Shown here: positions 51,882-64,000 of the stretch, piece by piece
Position numbering within the stretch: the stretch's first letter is position 1
Layout of the letters: the number at the start of each line of letters is the position of its first letter
Assembly (NCBI RefSeq): GCF_037042905.1
Contig: NC_087245.1
Span: forward strand, 10,108,001-10,172,000
DNA length: 64,000 nt
DNA from: Lytechinus pictus
Lineage: Eukaryota
Direction: 5' to 3'
The notes under the pieces: generated by a model
What the model was told of the DNA's origin: nothing
The model's database searches: none
Seen by the model: the letters and a program-made list of their open reading frames with translations, nothing else
Position numbers and translations under genes: made by a program

Positions 51882-53310
51882 TAAGAGGTGGATCTTCTCT
51901 GATGGTCTCACCTGCAATGCGCAATTCAATATCGCAGCAGTGCCTTTGAAAACGACTATAAAATAATTATTCACAAAAACACCATTTGTATGATATTCAT
52001 TGACCCTAAATGACATTTGACCTTTATCGAGTCACCTAAGTCTTGTCCAAGACAAGCTATGGTATTTGATTACCCCTATGTCCACATTTCATTAATTTTA
52101 TCCATAAACTTACAAAGTTAAGATGGCAATTCAACATTTACCTCTCAAAAGACCAAAATTCATTGACTTTAAATGACCTTTGACCTTAGTCATGTGATAT
52201 GACACTTGCATGGAATGTTCAGTGATACCTGATTACTCTTATGTCCAAGTTTTAGGAACTTGATCCAATGTTTGATTACCCCTATGTCCACATTTCATTA
52301 ATTTTATCCATAAACTTTCAAGTTAAGATGGCAATTCAACAATTCAACAATTACCCCCAAAATAAGCCAAAGTAAAATACTTTTTAAGTTACGATGACAT
52401 TTCAAAATTTGAGCGAAGGTTAAGATTTTGACGTTGATTCCCTAACATGCCATATTTTGTTTGTCAATATTTGTATATCTTATTTTGGTTATCCTACATA
52501 TTCACCTTATTTTTGCTTTTATTCAATCAATTTATTCAAATCAACTTTTGTTTGGGTAGAATTTACCTTTAAGTGAATTGTAGAGCATCTCTATATTAAA
52601 TAGGATAACTAAAGAGTTAGAAAAATACAACTTGATTTTATGTGACCTGAAACTTGCATGGAATGTTCAGTGATACTTTTTTGTCCAAGTATTTTGTCCA
52701 AGTTTTGTAAACTAGCTCTATTACTTTTTTAGTTATGATGACGTTTCAAAAACTCGAGCTTAGGTTACAACTTTGATGTTGACTCCCCCATCATGCCATA
52801 TTTTGTTTATCTTATTTTTGTAATCCTATATATTCACCTTATTTTTGTTTTTATTCAATCGATTTATTCAAATCAACTTTTGTTTGGGTAGACTTTAACT
52901 CTAAGTGAATTGTAGAGCGTCGCTATATTATATTATAAAGGATAACTAAAGAGTCAGAAAAATACAACTTGATTTTATGTGATCTGACACTTGCATGGAA
53001 TATTCAGTGATACTTGATTACGATTTTGTCCAAGTTTTGAGAACTAGCTCCATATACTTTCTCTAAGTTATGATGACAGTTCAAAAACTTGAGGTTAAGT
53101 TAAGATTTTGATGTTGATTCCCCCAACATGACAAATTATGTTTGTCCATATTTGTACATCTTATTTCTGTAATCCTATTCAAATCTTATTCAAATCAACT
53201 TAAGTTTGTGTCGACTTTACCTTTATGTGAATTGTATTAAGAGGATCTCTTTTTAATAATATTACAGAGGATAACTAAAGAGTAAAAAAAAATGCAACCT
53301 GATTTTATGA
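51882..53310 (+). mobile_element. Degenerate relative of the 19650-20645 HINE-like element, with a secondary ~330-bp triplication
   Basis: 5' end GGTCTCACCTGCA..ATTCAATATCGCAGCAGTGC and TGACCTTTGACCT units match the 19650 copy; three copies of a ~330-bp unit lie at ~52330-53310. Confidence 0.7.
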
Positions 53311-54269
53311 TTTATGAGATAATGCAATGTATTAACCCATTATGTTAGTTCATTCATGAACTAAGCTGGAAAGAATATCTATACACAAATTCTTTGAGCA
53401 CAGCGACCACATGGGCCCACTGTCGTTCGTGCGTCCTACGCCATAGTAATATTCTGAAAAAGCTAACAACACAAGCGAGTTAGGTATGCAAAACCAATGG
53501 GAAAAGCTCCCAGCCCGGACTTGGGCAACAAAATCCTGGCCACCTCAGACGAGGATGGACTACTAATGAAGGAGCTCTCAGACCAACCAGGACAGGGCCG
53601 ACGAAAATCACCAGGGCCCTGGCAAAGATTCCATGCCTTATCCTCCTAGATTTTAACTAGGTCCAAAGGAGAAAGAGAGCCATGGGGAAAACAAACTGTC
53701 AAATATTGGCAGGCCCATGCAGATTAGAGATGGTGGACAAAAACAACCTCTAACACAGCCTCCGCCGCACTGGGTACAGGGGTTCCCTTCAAGCCAAGCC
53801 TACAAATTGGGGGGGGGGGGGCAGTCAGCTGGTGATGGCCGGTTCGGGAGCACCAGGCGAGGGGGGGGGGGGCCAGGTTTTGTTTGAAGCAACTGTATGC
53901 GAGTCACGAGATCTTGCTTATAATAGCACCAAGGCACTTAGCAGACACATGAAGATACCCAGTGTCACAGCAAGGAAGAGTGGGTCCGTGGGTACCTAAC
54001 ACCTAAATAATGAAAAAGTAGAAAGGTAGAAAGTAGAAAGGGCAAAATATAAAACAAAAATGCAATATTCAAACGCAATTGCCGGGAGTGTACTGATAAT
54101 CACAAACACGCCCAGTACACAACAGCTCCAATGAATTGAGAGTAATATTACTATGGCGAGGGACACATGGTCATCAATGGACATACGTGGGCACTTAGAA
54201 TTCATTTTAGGTATATGCAATCAGCTTACTCAATGATGAACAAGCATAAAAAATAGATACATCCAATTA

Positions 54270-55900
54270 TCAAAGTAATGTACTTCTTTCTTTTAAGTGT
54301 TATCTTTTATTATTTTTTCTTAAATTTATTTTTTTCTTTTATAAATTGTACTTTTTTACAATTTTTTTTTAATTGTATTTTTTTTTAAAACTAGATATAT
54401 CTAATTAATGAAGTATTGGATAAAGGATATTTTTTTTTTTTTACTTTTTCTTTTCTCTTATTAGATATATCTAATTATTGAAGTATGTACTTCTTTTCTT
54501 TTCATTTAAGTGTTATTTTTTCTTTAAATCTTAATATTCTTTTTTTCTTTAAGGTTAAACATTTTTCTTTTATGTTAAATTGATTTTTTTTCCTTTGTTA
54601 AATTGTATTTTTTTAAATTAGATATATCAAATTTCAGTTGAATTGTTCTTTTTTGTAAGTAGATATATCTAATTAATAAAGTACTGTACTTCTTTTCTTT
54701 TAAGTATTATTTTTCATTTTATCTCAAAGTTTATTTTTTTCTTTATGGTTCAATTTTTTACTTTTTCTTTCTCTATGTTATTTTTTTTCTTTTTATCCTA
54801 AAATTTACTTTTTCTTCAAGGTTAAGTATATTTTTTTATAAATTAAGTATTTTTTAATAAATGGTACTTTTTCTTTTATGTAAAATTGTTTTTTCTTTTG
54901 CTAACTAATATTTTTTTTAATTGTGTTTTTTTATATCTAATTATTGAAGTATTGTACTTCTTTTTTTTCTTTTAAATATTATTTTTTTTCTTTTTACCTT
55001 AAATTTTATTTTTTCTTTAAGGTTATATGTTTTTTTTTTCCTATAAATTTTACTTTTTCTTTTATGTTAAATTGTTTTTTCCCTTTGTTCAGTTGTATTC
55101 TTTTTAAATCAGATATATCAAATTTTTGTTGAATTGTATTTTTTTTTCATAATTAGATATATCTAATTATTGAAGTATTGTACATGTACTTCTTTTCTTT
55201 TCATTTACATGTAAGTGTTCTTTTTTTTCTTTAAATATATATTTTTTCTTTCAGGCTAAATGTTTTTTTTTAAATTGTACTTTTTCTTTTATGTTAAATT
55301 GTTTTTTATTTTGCTAAATAATATTTTTAAAATTAGATATATCAAATTTTGTTGAATCATGTTTTTTTTTGTAAGTAGATATATATAATCATTGAAGTAA
55401 TGTACTTCTTTTTTCAGAATTTTTTTTTCTTTTCACCTTAAATTTTATTATTTTCTTTTAGGTTAAATGTTTTAGTTTTTTTTTCTATAAATTGTACTTT
55501 TTCTTCCATGTTAATTTGTTTTTTTTAATTGTATTGTTTTTAAATTAGACATATCAAATTTTTGTTGAATTGTATTTTTTTCATAATTAGATATATCTAA
55601 TTATTGAAGTATTGTATCTCCTTTCTTTTCATTTAAGTGTTCTCTTTTTTCTTTAAATATGTCTTTTTTTTTAATGCTAAATGTTTTTTTTTTAATTGTA
55701 CTTTTTCTTTTATGTTAAATTAATGTTTTTTCCTTTGTTAAATTTTATTTTTCTATTTTTTTCATCTATACATGTTAACATCTTTATTTTCGTCAATGTG
55801 GATTAAAAAAAAAAGTTTAATTGTACTTTTTTTCTTAAATGTTGAAATGCTTTTTTAAAAGTTAAACTGTACTTTTGTTCTTTTAAGTTAAACCGTTTTC
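54270..55900. repeat. T-rich degenerate tandem repeat
   Basis: Recurrent AGATATATCTAATTATTGAAGTATTGTACTTC anchors separated by T-runs. Confidence 0.85.
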
Positions 55901-58900
55901 TTTCTTTTGTGTTATCTCCAAAAATATTGCCAAAAATATTGCCAAAATATAGTCAATTTCTTATGTATTTTATTGTTTTGTGAACACATGTATTTCTTTG
56001 TTTTGTAAAACTTTTGTAGTTTTTTTTTTTCAATGAGCCTTGTTAGGGATCATTTTTCAAACATTAATAGAATAAAATGAATCAACTTAAACCAGCAAAA
56101 GTAAAAATAATCTCACATAACACAATTTGCTTTGACTTTGTACAAGAAATCACTTTTGAGCCGTTTGGGGTTAAACATGCACTTACAAAAATGTTAAGTA
56201 CTTTTGGTACCGCAAATTTGGTAAAAAATTACACACAAAATTGCAGAGGAGGGTCAATTTGACGATGCCCCTGTTAACTGTCTTCTTAATTTAATAAGTG
56301 TACTTTGTCACCAGTGACTTTGGTAAGGACTCAATGGATTAAGGCATCTCCGTTTCCATGGGCATTCCTATTTCAGTATTGTGATATTTTCAATATAAAT
56401 CATGTATCTGTTACGTCAAACCTTGAAATTAATTTAATCCAATATAGAAATATTCCTAAAGGTGATTACTACCTGCTACCCCATGTCATTACTATGGCAA
56501 TGAACTTTCCAACATAATTGGGAAATCAATCTTGCATGTCCCAAAGACGAATATTTTGGCCAAATTTCATGAGCAGTTGTCACAAACTGAGGAAGTACTT
56601 CAATCGTCAATATGTTTTCTTGAGTATAGTGTCATAATAAGCTGCTAACAAAGAAATACAATTTCTGACACAAACAAAAAACTGTGTCTTGCACATTAAG
56701 ACCAATGAGTGTGTTAATTTCATGAAAATAGGTTATAAACTGAAAAAAAGTAGTGTGATCTGCAAGTTTTGTACAATTTATTGTTGTAATATGCCAATTT
56801 CAACTTTAACTCACATTACAAAAGCTAGTAGATGCTGATTATTGCTGGGTTTTTTTTTTGCCATTTCTAACAAATATCTGAAAAAAATATGCCAAAACAG
56901 TATCAATTTCCTATGTAGTTTATTGCTTGCTGAATTTTGCATGTATTTGTTTGTTTCTTATTAAAAACCTTTGTTCTACAATTAACTTTTTCAGTGACCC
57001 TTTGCAGCACAAAATAATTCCATTTAAACAAGCAAACATAGAAATAATCATACACTTATCATTTTTGGTTGAAAAAACAATTGTTTTTTTTCAGTAAGTT
57101 TAGAGTTGAAATACAATTATAAGAATTTGTAGATGTGTGTTCGATTTTCTAAAAAAAAATAGGTCTCAAAAGATACACAAGACTTGAAAGTAAAATGCTG
57201 TTGAGCAGTGCAGTACAAAACCTTGTGTGGCAGCATTATTGCAAAATTAACTAGAGGTTAAAGACTGAGGAAGTTATCAAATTCTCAGGTTTTTATCTAA
57301 TTTTTGCCGTATCATATTGCCAAGGCAATACAGTTTTCAACAGACAGGAAATGTGTAACTCTCATCTTTTTCTCAAGACCAATGTGTGTGCTAAAGTTTG
57401 TGAGAATTGGTTAAAAGCTGAGGAAGCAGTTCAGTCAGTAATATTTGTAAAGGGTCAACCAACGTACCCCCTGATTCCTGTTTACCCCTTTAAAATTTTG
57501 TTTCGTCTCTGTAGTATTAAGACTTGTAATTAGAACATGAATTTGATAAATTTGAAGAACAATTGAAACTAAATAATTCCCCACTATGGGTAACATCCCC
57601 CTTGATACCCCCCCTCCTTCTCAAATCAGTTCCTGACATAGCCCATTCACCATTTACACTTCCCCAGCCAACATTACACGATCTCATAACAACCTGATTG
57701 TGGAAGAATACATAAAGGGCTTTGGAATGACCTTTCCGTAGAATCGAGGGATGCCCGTCATTTGAATCACTCAAAGCTTCCCTCAAAACTAACCTTTAAA
57801 ATTATTTCCTTTTAGATTTTAAGTATAATCTTGTCAATATCAAACGAATATTCCTTTATTTTTCAAATTGGCAACTGGGTAAGTAAATTATGACAAGGGG
57901 ACAACTTTCCCATAGGCCAGTACTTAATTGTCAGGGATTTGTGGTTTTCTCTCAAGTAACCATTCACCTGGGGCAATAAGAAAGAAGAAATAGTTTGAAA
58001 TAAAAGTTTTGGAAAAATAAAATTTTAGCCATTTTATGTATTGGAGTACATGGAAGAGTAGTCTTTGCCTTACATCACTATTTCATCACATATGCGGCCA
58101 ATTTGAAGTCTCCACGGGTATAGTGGTTACCAATATTTATAACTTTTAAGAATACATAACTTCATTATGATTTATCTGATACTGTTCAAACTTTCAGCTA
58201 TCAAATTTTCTGATTTTTCTTTTTCCTCTAAAAACAAGATTTTATTTGGGTTGGATTCCCCTTTAATATCTTATGTCAAATCTTCCTCATCAAGACTTCA
58301 AGTTTTACACTGCAAGAAAAGCAAAATCCTTGGTAAGGAAGATTAGCCTGTTCATACTTTGGTATTTCTCCCAAAATCAGGTTGTGATGAGATCATGCAA
58401 TGTTTGCTGGGGCTCTCACCCTCATACACACCTTTCAGGTTACTGGAACCATATCCTCCTCCTGTACTTCTACTCCATAAGGACAGTCTCCGACAATCCA
58501 TGATCCAATGACACAGAAGGCAGTCTGCATTTGAAACCAACAAATGCTCTCCTGTATCTTGCTTATGGCCTACAACTGATAAGACCCAAACAAAAGGTTA
58601 GACACTGGATGGATAATGCAAACTTCAATGAACCAAGGTTGTAAAATAGTCATGTAAAAACGCATTTGCCCCCTTATGGCCCTAATTTCAGTACTGTAAA
58701 ATCAATCCCTACACTAAAAAAAAGCAGAAAAAAATGAATAAAAATCTACAAAGTATACTTACCCACTTCCACTATGCTCCTCCTTCACAAACTTCATCCC
58801 TCTTCCCATGCCATTCTACCCTCAGTCAACCTCTAAACCAAGTCTCCCAACTACTACATTATCTCTAATTCATTGCCCTATACTCAACACCTCGATTCCT

Positions 58901-59822
58901 TCCCAAAATGATTAACCTCTACATTAAACATGTTTGCTATTTCCTTTACATTATAAGATCATACTAATGACCACCATGAATCAACACATCTCACTCCAAA
59001 TGAGTGATTATTTAAAAAATGCACGCGAATCATTATCATCTTATGTCGGCTAACATCAGTTTTAATTTTAGTGGAATTGATAGCACAAGTACTCCTATAT
59101 TGCTTTTTTATACACTGGTTAATGTAGGAAGATACCCAATTACCCATACTTTTCCTGATTTACAAAACATGAGTAGAGTGTCCCGATTTTAGGTCTGAAA
59201 TCTCAATTTTTGTTTCCATGGTTAGTGCACATGGAGTTCAATTCAAGATATTCCCCCCTCCTTTCATATCAAATTCTCAAGATAGATATGCAATGTCCTT
59301 GCACATAGATTTCATCTGTGGATAAATATGAATTGTCCTTGCATATAGAGTTCATCTCCAGATGGATATTCCCCCTCCTTTTCATGTAGAGTACTTCTCC
59401 AAATAGATATGCATTGTCCTTGCATTTTTTTGTGTGTGAAATGGAGATGTGGAACAACATCTGGAATTCCGCAGGCTTTGAATTCTATGTGGATTTAAGT
59501 TTGATTACATTTGTTATGTAGTTTGGAGCCTGACCAATTAAACTAACATCTTAAAATTAAATTCTTTGACTTTCGAGGAAGCAGTTGAGCTCCGAGAAGA
59601 GGTATAGAAGTCAACTGAACTTTGTTAAATGGTAGACAAGTATTTACATGTTAACTTTACTTTATGTGGTCTTTTTATAAGTGTTATTATACTCTTGTAC
59701 GGGGACTGCCAATGCAACAAAAAAATTGTGATGCCATTTTAGCTATAAAAACTCATGATTCCATGATTAAAAACTCATGATTCCATTTTAGCTATCAAAA
59801 ACTCATGATTCCATTTGCAAAT

Positions 59823-60110
59823 ACGGAATGTTACAAAAATTCCTTCTTTCCTGCCACTGCCAGGTTATGGAATTCCCTACCTCAGGACGTCGTAGACAGC
59901 ACCTCAGCAAACATATTCAAGAGTGAGGTGCAACATGTCAGACTATGTTAGTCTGCATTTGTTTGTAAATATGTAAATATTATATATATGTTGGCTTTTT
60001 TTTACCACAACTTCAACGGTGGATACTCAGCACTCAGCATTCAAGTCCACAATACAGTACGACAATACACCACAGGTGGTATGTACTTATATAGGAAGAA
60101 GAAGAAGAAG
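59823..60110 (+). mobile_element. 5'-truncated CR1/L2-group LINE 3' end
   Basis: Frame TECYKNSFFPATARLWNSLPQDVVDSTSANIFKSEV..stop (SFFP..WN.LP motif), a short 3' UTR and a (GAA)n tail. Confidence 0.8.
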
Positions 60111-60269
60111 ATAAACGGTTATTTTGCCATGATAAGTAGGATTGTTTGTTTTCCCAAAATTAAGCAGTTTTCTCTTCAGATGTTTATACCTGTTAATTGC
60201 ATACTTTCCAAACTTAACTAAACTATGTATGCAAACGTTTGTGCATCACACGTGCCCTCATCAATTACT

Positions 60270-60600
60270 TTCCCACCAGTGTGAGACACATAGCTACCAT
60301 CAGAAATCTAGGACATATTGCTACACAAAGAGAGAAGACAGGGGAAGGGCACTGGTAGATATATCCAATTATCATGTAAAGAAATTAAATAAGTTTTTTT
60401 TTCTGACTTATATCAATAATTACCGTAGATGTATCTATCTGTTATGCCAGACCAGCATGGAGTACCAGTATTCATTTGCCGACCTGTCCTCAAAAGGAAG
60501 GAGCTTATGAAAACTGGCAGCAGAGATTACTGACTGGTGTCTACGCCATGGAAGGGATGGGGCTAGAAACCACTGATGTCATTAACTAAGGGGAACTATT
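60270..60600 (+). mobile_element. Degenerate R4/Dong-like non-LTR fragment
   Basis: HQKSRTYCYTKREDRGRALVDISNYH resembles the HPKS..RLY..R..GGRGL.DI motif found after the RT domain. Confidence 0.4.
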
Positions 60601-60755
60601 ACAGGTGGTAAGACACTATGTCCTATACTATCACTATGAAGCTACAGAAAAGACACCAAAATTGCAAAAATTGACCACTTAGGAAAAGAAAAAAGCCTTA
60701 GGAAAAGCAAGAAGCCTAAAAGACAAGATTAGTGTCCTTCATCCTCACATTCTGT

Positions 60756-60998
60756 GGGTGCATCATGGTCTAGTGATTCTGACTCTTTCCTATCAAACAG
60801 AGGGTTGTGGATTTTTAATCCTAGCCAAGGTGTGTTTTCCTTCAGCAAGAAATTTGTCCACACTGTAGTGCATTTGACCCAGGAGAGGGGAATGCACTGA
60901 GAGCCAGTGATGGCAGATCGAGCTTATGCTGGAGTAATATAGCAAGCGCTTTTGTATCCTCAGGAACAAAAGCTATATAAATCCAGCTATTATTATTG
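60756..60998 (+). mobile_element. tRNA-derived SINE (same family as 48475-48775)
   Basis: tRNA-like head GGGTGCATCATGGTCTAGTG..AATCCTAGCC, shared core TTTCCTTCAGCAAG..GACCCAGG, and an (ATT)n tail. Confidence 0.7.
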
Positions 60999-61018
60999 GG
61001 TATTTTTGGCTAAAAACC

Positions 61019-61066
<48 letters not shown>

Positions 61067-62517
61067 CATAAAAGAAAGTATATATATAGCCACAAATCAT
61101 TCCTCATTCACCTAGTGTGGGAGTAGGACCAAGCTAACAGCCTTCTCCCTAAGAGTGTCTGGGCCGGAGAGGCACAAGAAACATTTCTAACTAGGCTTGA
61201 CCGCTGCCTTCAAGCGAGGGTGTGATCGAGAAGGCAGGGCCAGCAAGAGAGCAGGTAAGAATGGAGCAGGGTTCAACTAAAATAGAATTGAGCATTTGCA
61301 AGATGAGAGCACCTTACCAGAAAATTGTGATAGGAGTAGTAGGGTCACGGCCAGTTAACAGTACATGAGAGGGAATATTGGGCAAAACAGTGCTATAAAC
61401 TGAGACAAGTTTCAGGAATGAGTTGTATTTCTGACAGCTAAAGACAAGGAAACATTCTCTCCCTCTTTCTATTACAATTACATGTGCTTCAACTAGATAA
61501 ATTACACCCAGTCATAAACTGCCTGTCTCAATGGGGCAGAAATTACAGAGACAAAGGCTAGGAAATCTAGATCATTAAAAAGAGCCCTCAAAATGAGCTG
61601 GTATGGGCATTCTTCTGTCCTAGTTCTTGTACATAGCAGGATCAAGCTGACTTGCTGAAGTCAGTTGTCTGGATAGTCTTAGAGCCATAGCTGCAAAGAG
61701 CCTAATTTGTCTACTTGCATCCAGTAATCTCATCGTATTGACTGGACACTGCCCAACCGGGAGGGGGAGTCTCTCTGAGAGGAGAAATAAGCCACATTTC
61801 TTCGATGTAATAGTGGTCTGAGCTGGGTAGTAAGAAGAGGTTGTAACCAGAGTGAGTCAGTTTGGGAGAGCAAGGCTTCACTCAAAAACTAAGAATGCCT
61901 GAGAATCATCCAACCTAGGCAAAAGGCCTAAGGAGAGTGGTGAGTGTGGGTGCCAAGCTCCAATATACATGTATACAGAGCTCAGGAATTCATCTGCAGG
62001 GTAAACCTTGCCCACAGAAGAGCTCTCCTTCCTAAATCTAACCCTATCCAAACGGAAGAAAATGTGTCTGTGTCTTACCAGCCGAAAAATAGTCATGCAC
62101 AAAGATACTGTTGTGTATTGTTGTGGGGAGGGGGGGGGGGTAGTAAATACCACTGCCTTGAAAAGGGGAGGCTCCGGTTAGACCATTGACTTCTAAATTC
62201 TGTGATTCACAAAGGCAATGTACAGGGACCACCCAGTTCCAGTAAGCAATGGGATATTGGAAAATCATTTTTGGTTCCTCACTAATTATTGAATCATCCT
62301 CTTCATCCATTAGGGGGGAAGTCTACCAGCAATGACATCTGAGATGGAATCGTCATCAGATGGACCATCCAGCTGCCCCTCATCTTTACAGTATGGCGGA
62401 GAGCTCAAGCCACCTGTCTCCTCCATGGCAGGAAATCTGAGGGTGGCCAGGTTTTGAAAGGCTTGATAAGGGTCTACACAACTCAGTTGGGACCAAGTTA
62501 GCAGACAAGGCCTACAA

Positions 62518-62951
62518 GACCCCTGTTACTTCTGAAAGTTTCCTACCCGAGACCCGACCGAGTCCACTTGCAACCTTGACTGGATTATTGGTGGCTTAAC
62601 TTCTTTCCACTCAAATCAAAGACTTTATCAATCACAATTCACATGTCGCATGCCGCAAAACATTCGAAGAACGACGGGGCTGGGGAGGGGATAGCGTGCG
62701 CTATGACGTAATTTGACAGCTGGCAAACGGACCGAGATAGGTTCGAAAGCTTGTGTGCGTTTACATCTACGAATCGGTGGACCGGGGCCGGCCCGATACC
62801 TACCCGAGACTACCTCTGGATGTGGTCTCGGGTAGGTTCGCTAAAAGGTGGCCCGAGGTAGGTTTGGGATGTTTACATCTGATTTCTTTCCGACCCGAGG
62901 TAGGCCCCGGGCCGGCCCGAGGTAGGGAATCTCTCAGATGTAACAGGGGTC
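62518..62951. mobile_element. PIF/Harbinger-like MITE
   Basis: CAA|GACCCCTGTTACTTCTGA ... TCAGATGTAACAGGGGTC|CAA (3-bp TSD). Confidence 0.8.
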
Positions 62952-63167
62952 CAAGAGAAGGAGATGTGACCAAAACAAACAGCGGTTCAGGAGCGATGGA
63001 CTCATGACCATAAAGGATTCTGCTTAGCTGTGGCATGAGGTCAAAATAGGGCTTTTAAGACACCAGGATCCGGACACACAGGAATTGACCAATAATGTAA
63101 TAACACAAGTTATCACTCATCTTTCCATTCACCTGTGAAAAGAGCTCACCAATATATAGGGGGAAGC

Positions 63168-63950
63168 AGGGGCGGATCCAGCTTTCGCCAATAGGGGGGG
63201 CCGAAAAATATTTTCATCAATATTTTTCTCGATTGGCCGCTATAATCTGATTTTTTGGTTGGTTTTTTAGGGGGTAGTCCTAAGTAAAGACTGAAGTTTT
63301 AGTTTTTATTGCTATAAACAAGATAAGGTATCTCATGGGTCTTAATATAAAATGCGAGCGCGAAGCGTGAGCAGAAATTTTAATATAGTAACGTGAAAAG
63401 GGACTCAATAAGGACTGTTCTTAGTGATTAATGGATACAGTATCACCAATTAAATAATGAGTGTGCGAAGCGCGAGCTCAAAATTTTTGATATTCCGACC
63501 TGAAAACTTGACAGTCTAAGCACGTTTTTATTTAGATAAAGAACAAGATGTGTCTCAAACATATAAATGCGAGCGCGAAGCACGAGCTTAAATTTTTCCT
63601 GACATGATAAGGGGCATTTTGAGAAATTTTGGTAAGAATTTCCAAAAAGGATAGGTATCTCACAAATCAAACAATGTGAGCGTGCAGCGCCAGCTAAAAA
63701 TTTTTATATATTATATTAACAATTTGTATAAATCAAACAAAATAATGAAAGCTTGATGCTCGAGCTAAAATATTGTGTGCAAAATTGATTCCAGAACTGG
63801 ACATATTAAGTGCCATTTAATCCTCTTGAATGAGATTCATTACACAGGCAATGCGAGCGCGAGCGAAATTTTTTATATAAATTATATTTTCCAATTCTTC
63901 CCCCACCTTTTTCTTGTTTCCTTTCGAGTCGGGCCGGTCGTTACGAGGCT
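63168..63950. mobile_element. hAT-like non-autonomous element with GCGAGCGCGAAGCGCGAGC subrepeats
   Basis: CAGGGGCGGATCCAG 5' end; about five periodic GCGAGCGCGAAGC motifs; right end not clearly seen. Confidence 0.6.
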
Positions 63951-64000
63951 GTAAATTACACATCATTGGTATAATACCTCTTTCTTACTTTTCTTTCTGT

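Overview
AT-rich animal genomic DNA; the repeat families suggest an echinoderm, probably a sea urchin (inference). The first 18 kb hold the 5' part of a multi-exon minus-strand gene recognisable as a KIAA2012 homolog. It has 14 phase-consistent GT-AG exons from ATG 17838 down to 1481, continues past the window start, and has a CpG-rich promoter at about 17.9-18.3 kb. The rest is a dense transposon landscape. Main points: (1) A Gypsy-type gag-only element (25305-29219) has TG..CA ends, a tRNA-Leu PBS, a PPT and a perfect CTAT target duplication, yet its two 'LTRs' are not alignable by eye. It sits inside a Harbinger-like MITE, which sits inside a Tc1/mariner-like element. (2) A 7.57-kb non-coding foldback element (40216-47787, TAG..CTA ends, ATA TSD, Academ-like) has arms that are arrays of RFX X-box palindromes and a core that is a second palindrome of YY1-like motifs. 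(3) That foldback interrupts an array of six ~257-bp hairpin units. (4) A twin-element composite structure lies at 34.4-36.3 kb. (5) A long open read-through of one KIAA2012 exon may encode an alternative C-terminus. All calls were made by eye; no searches were run.
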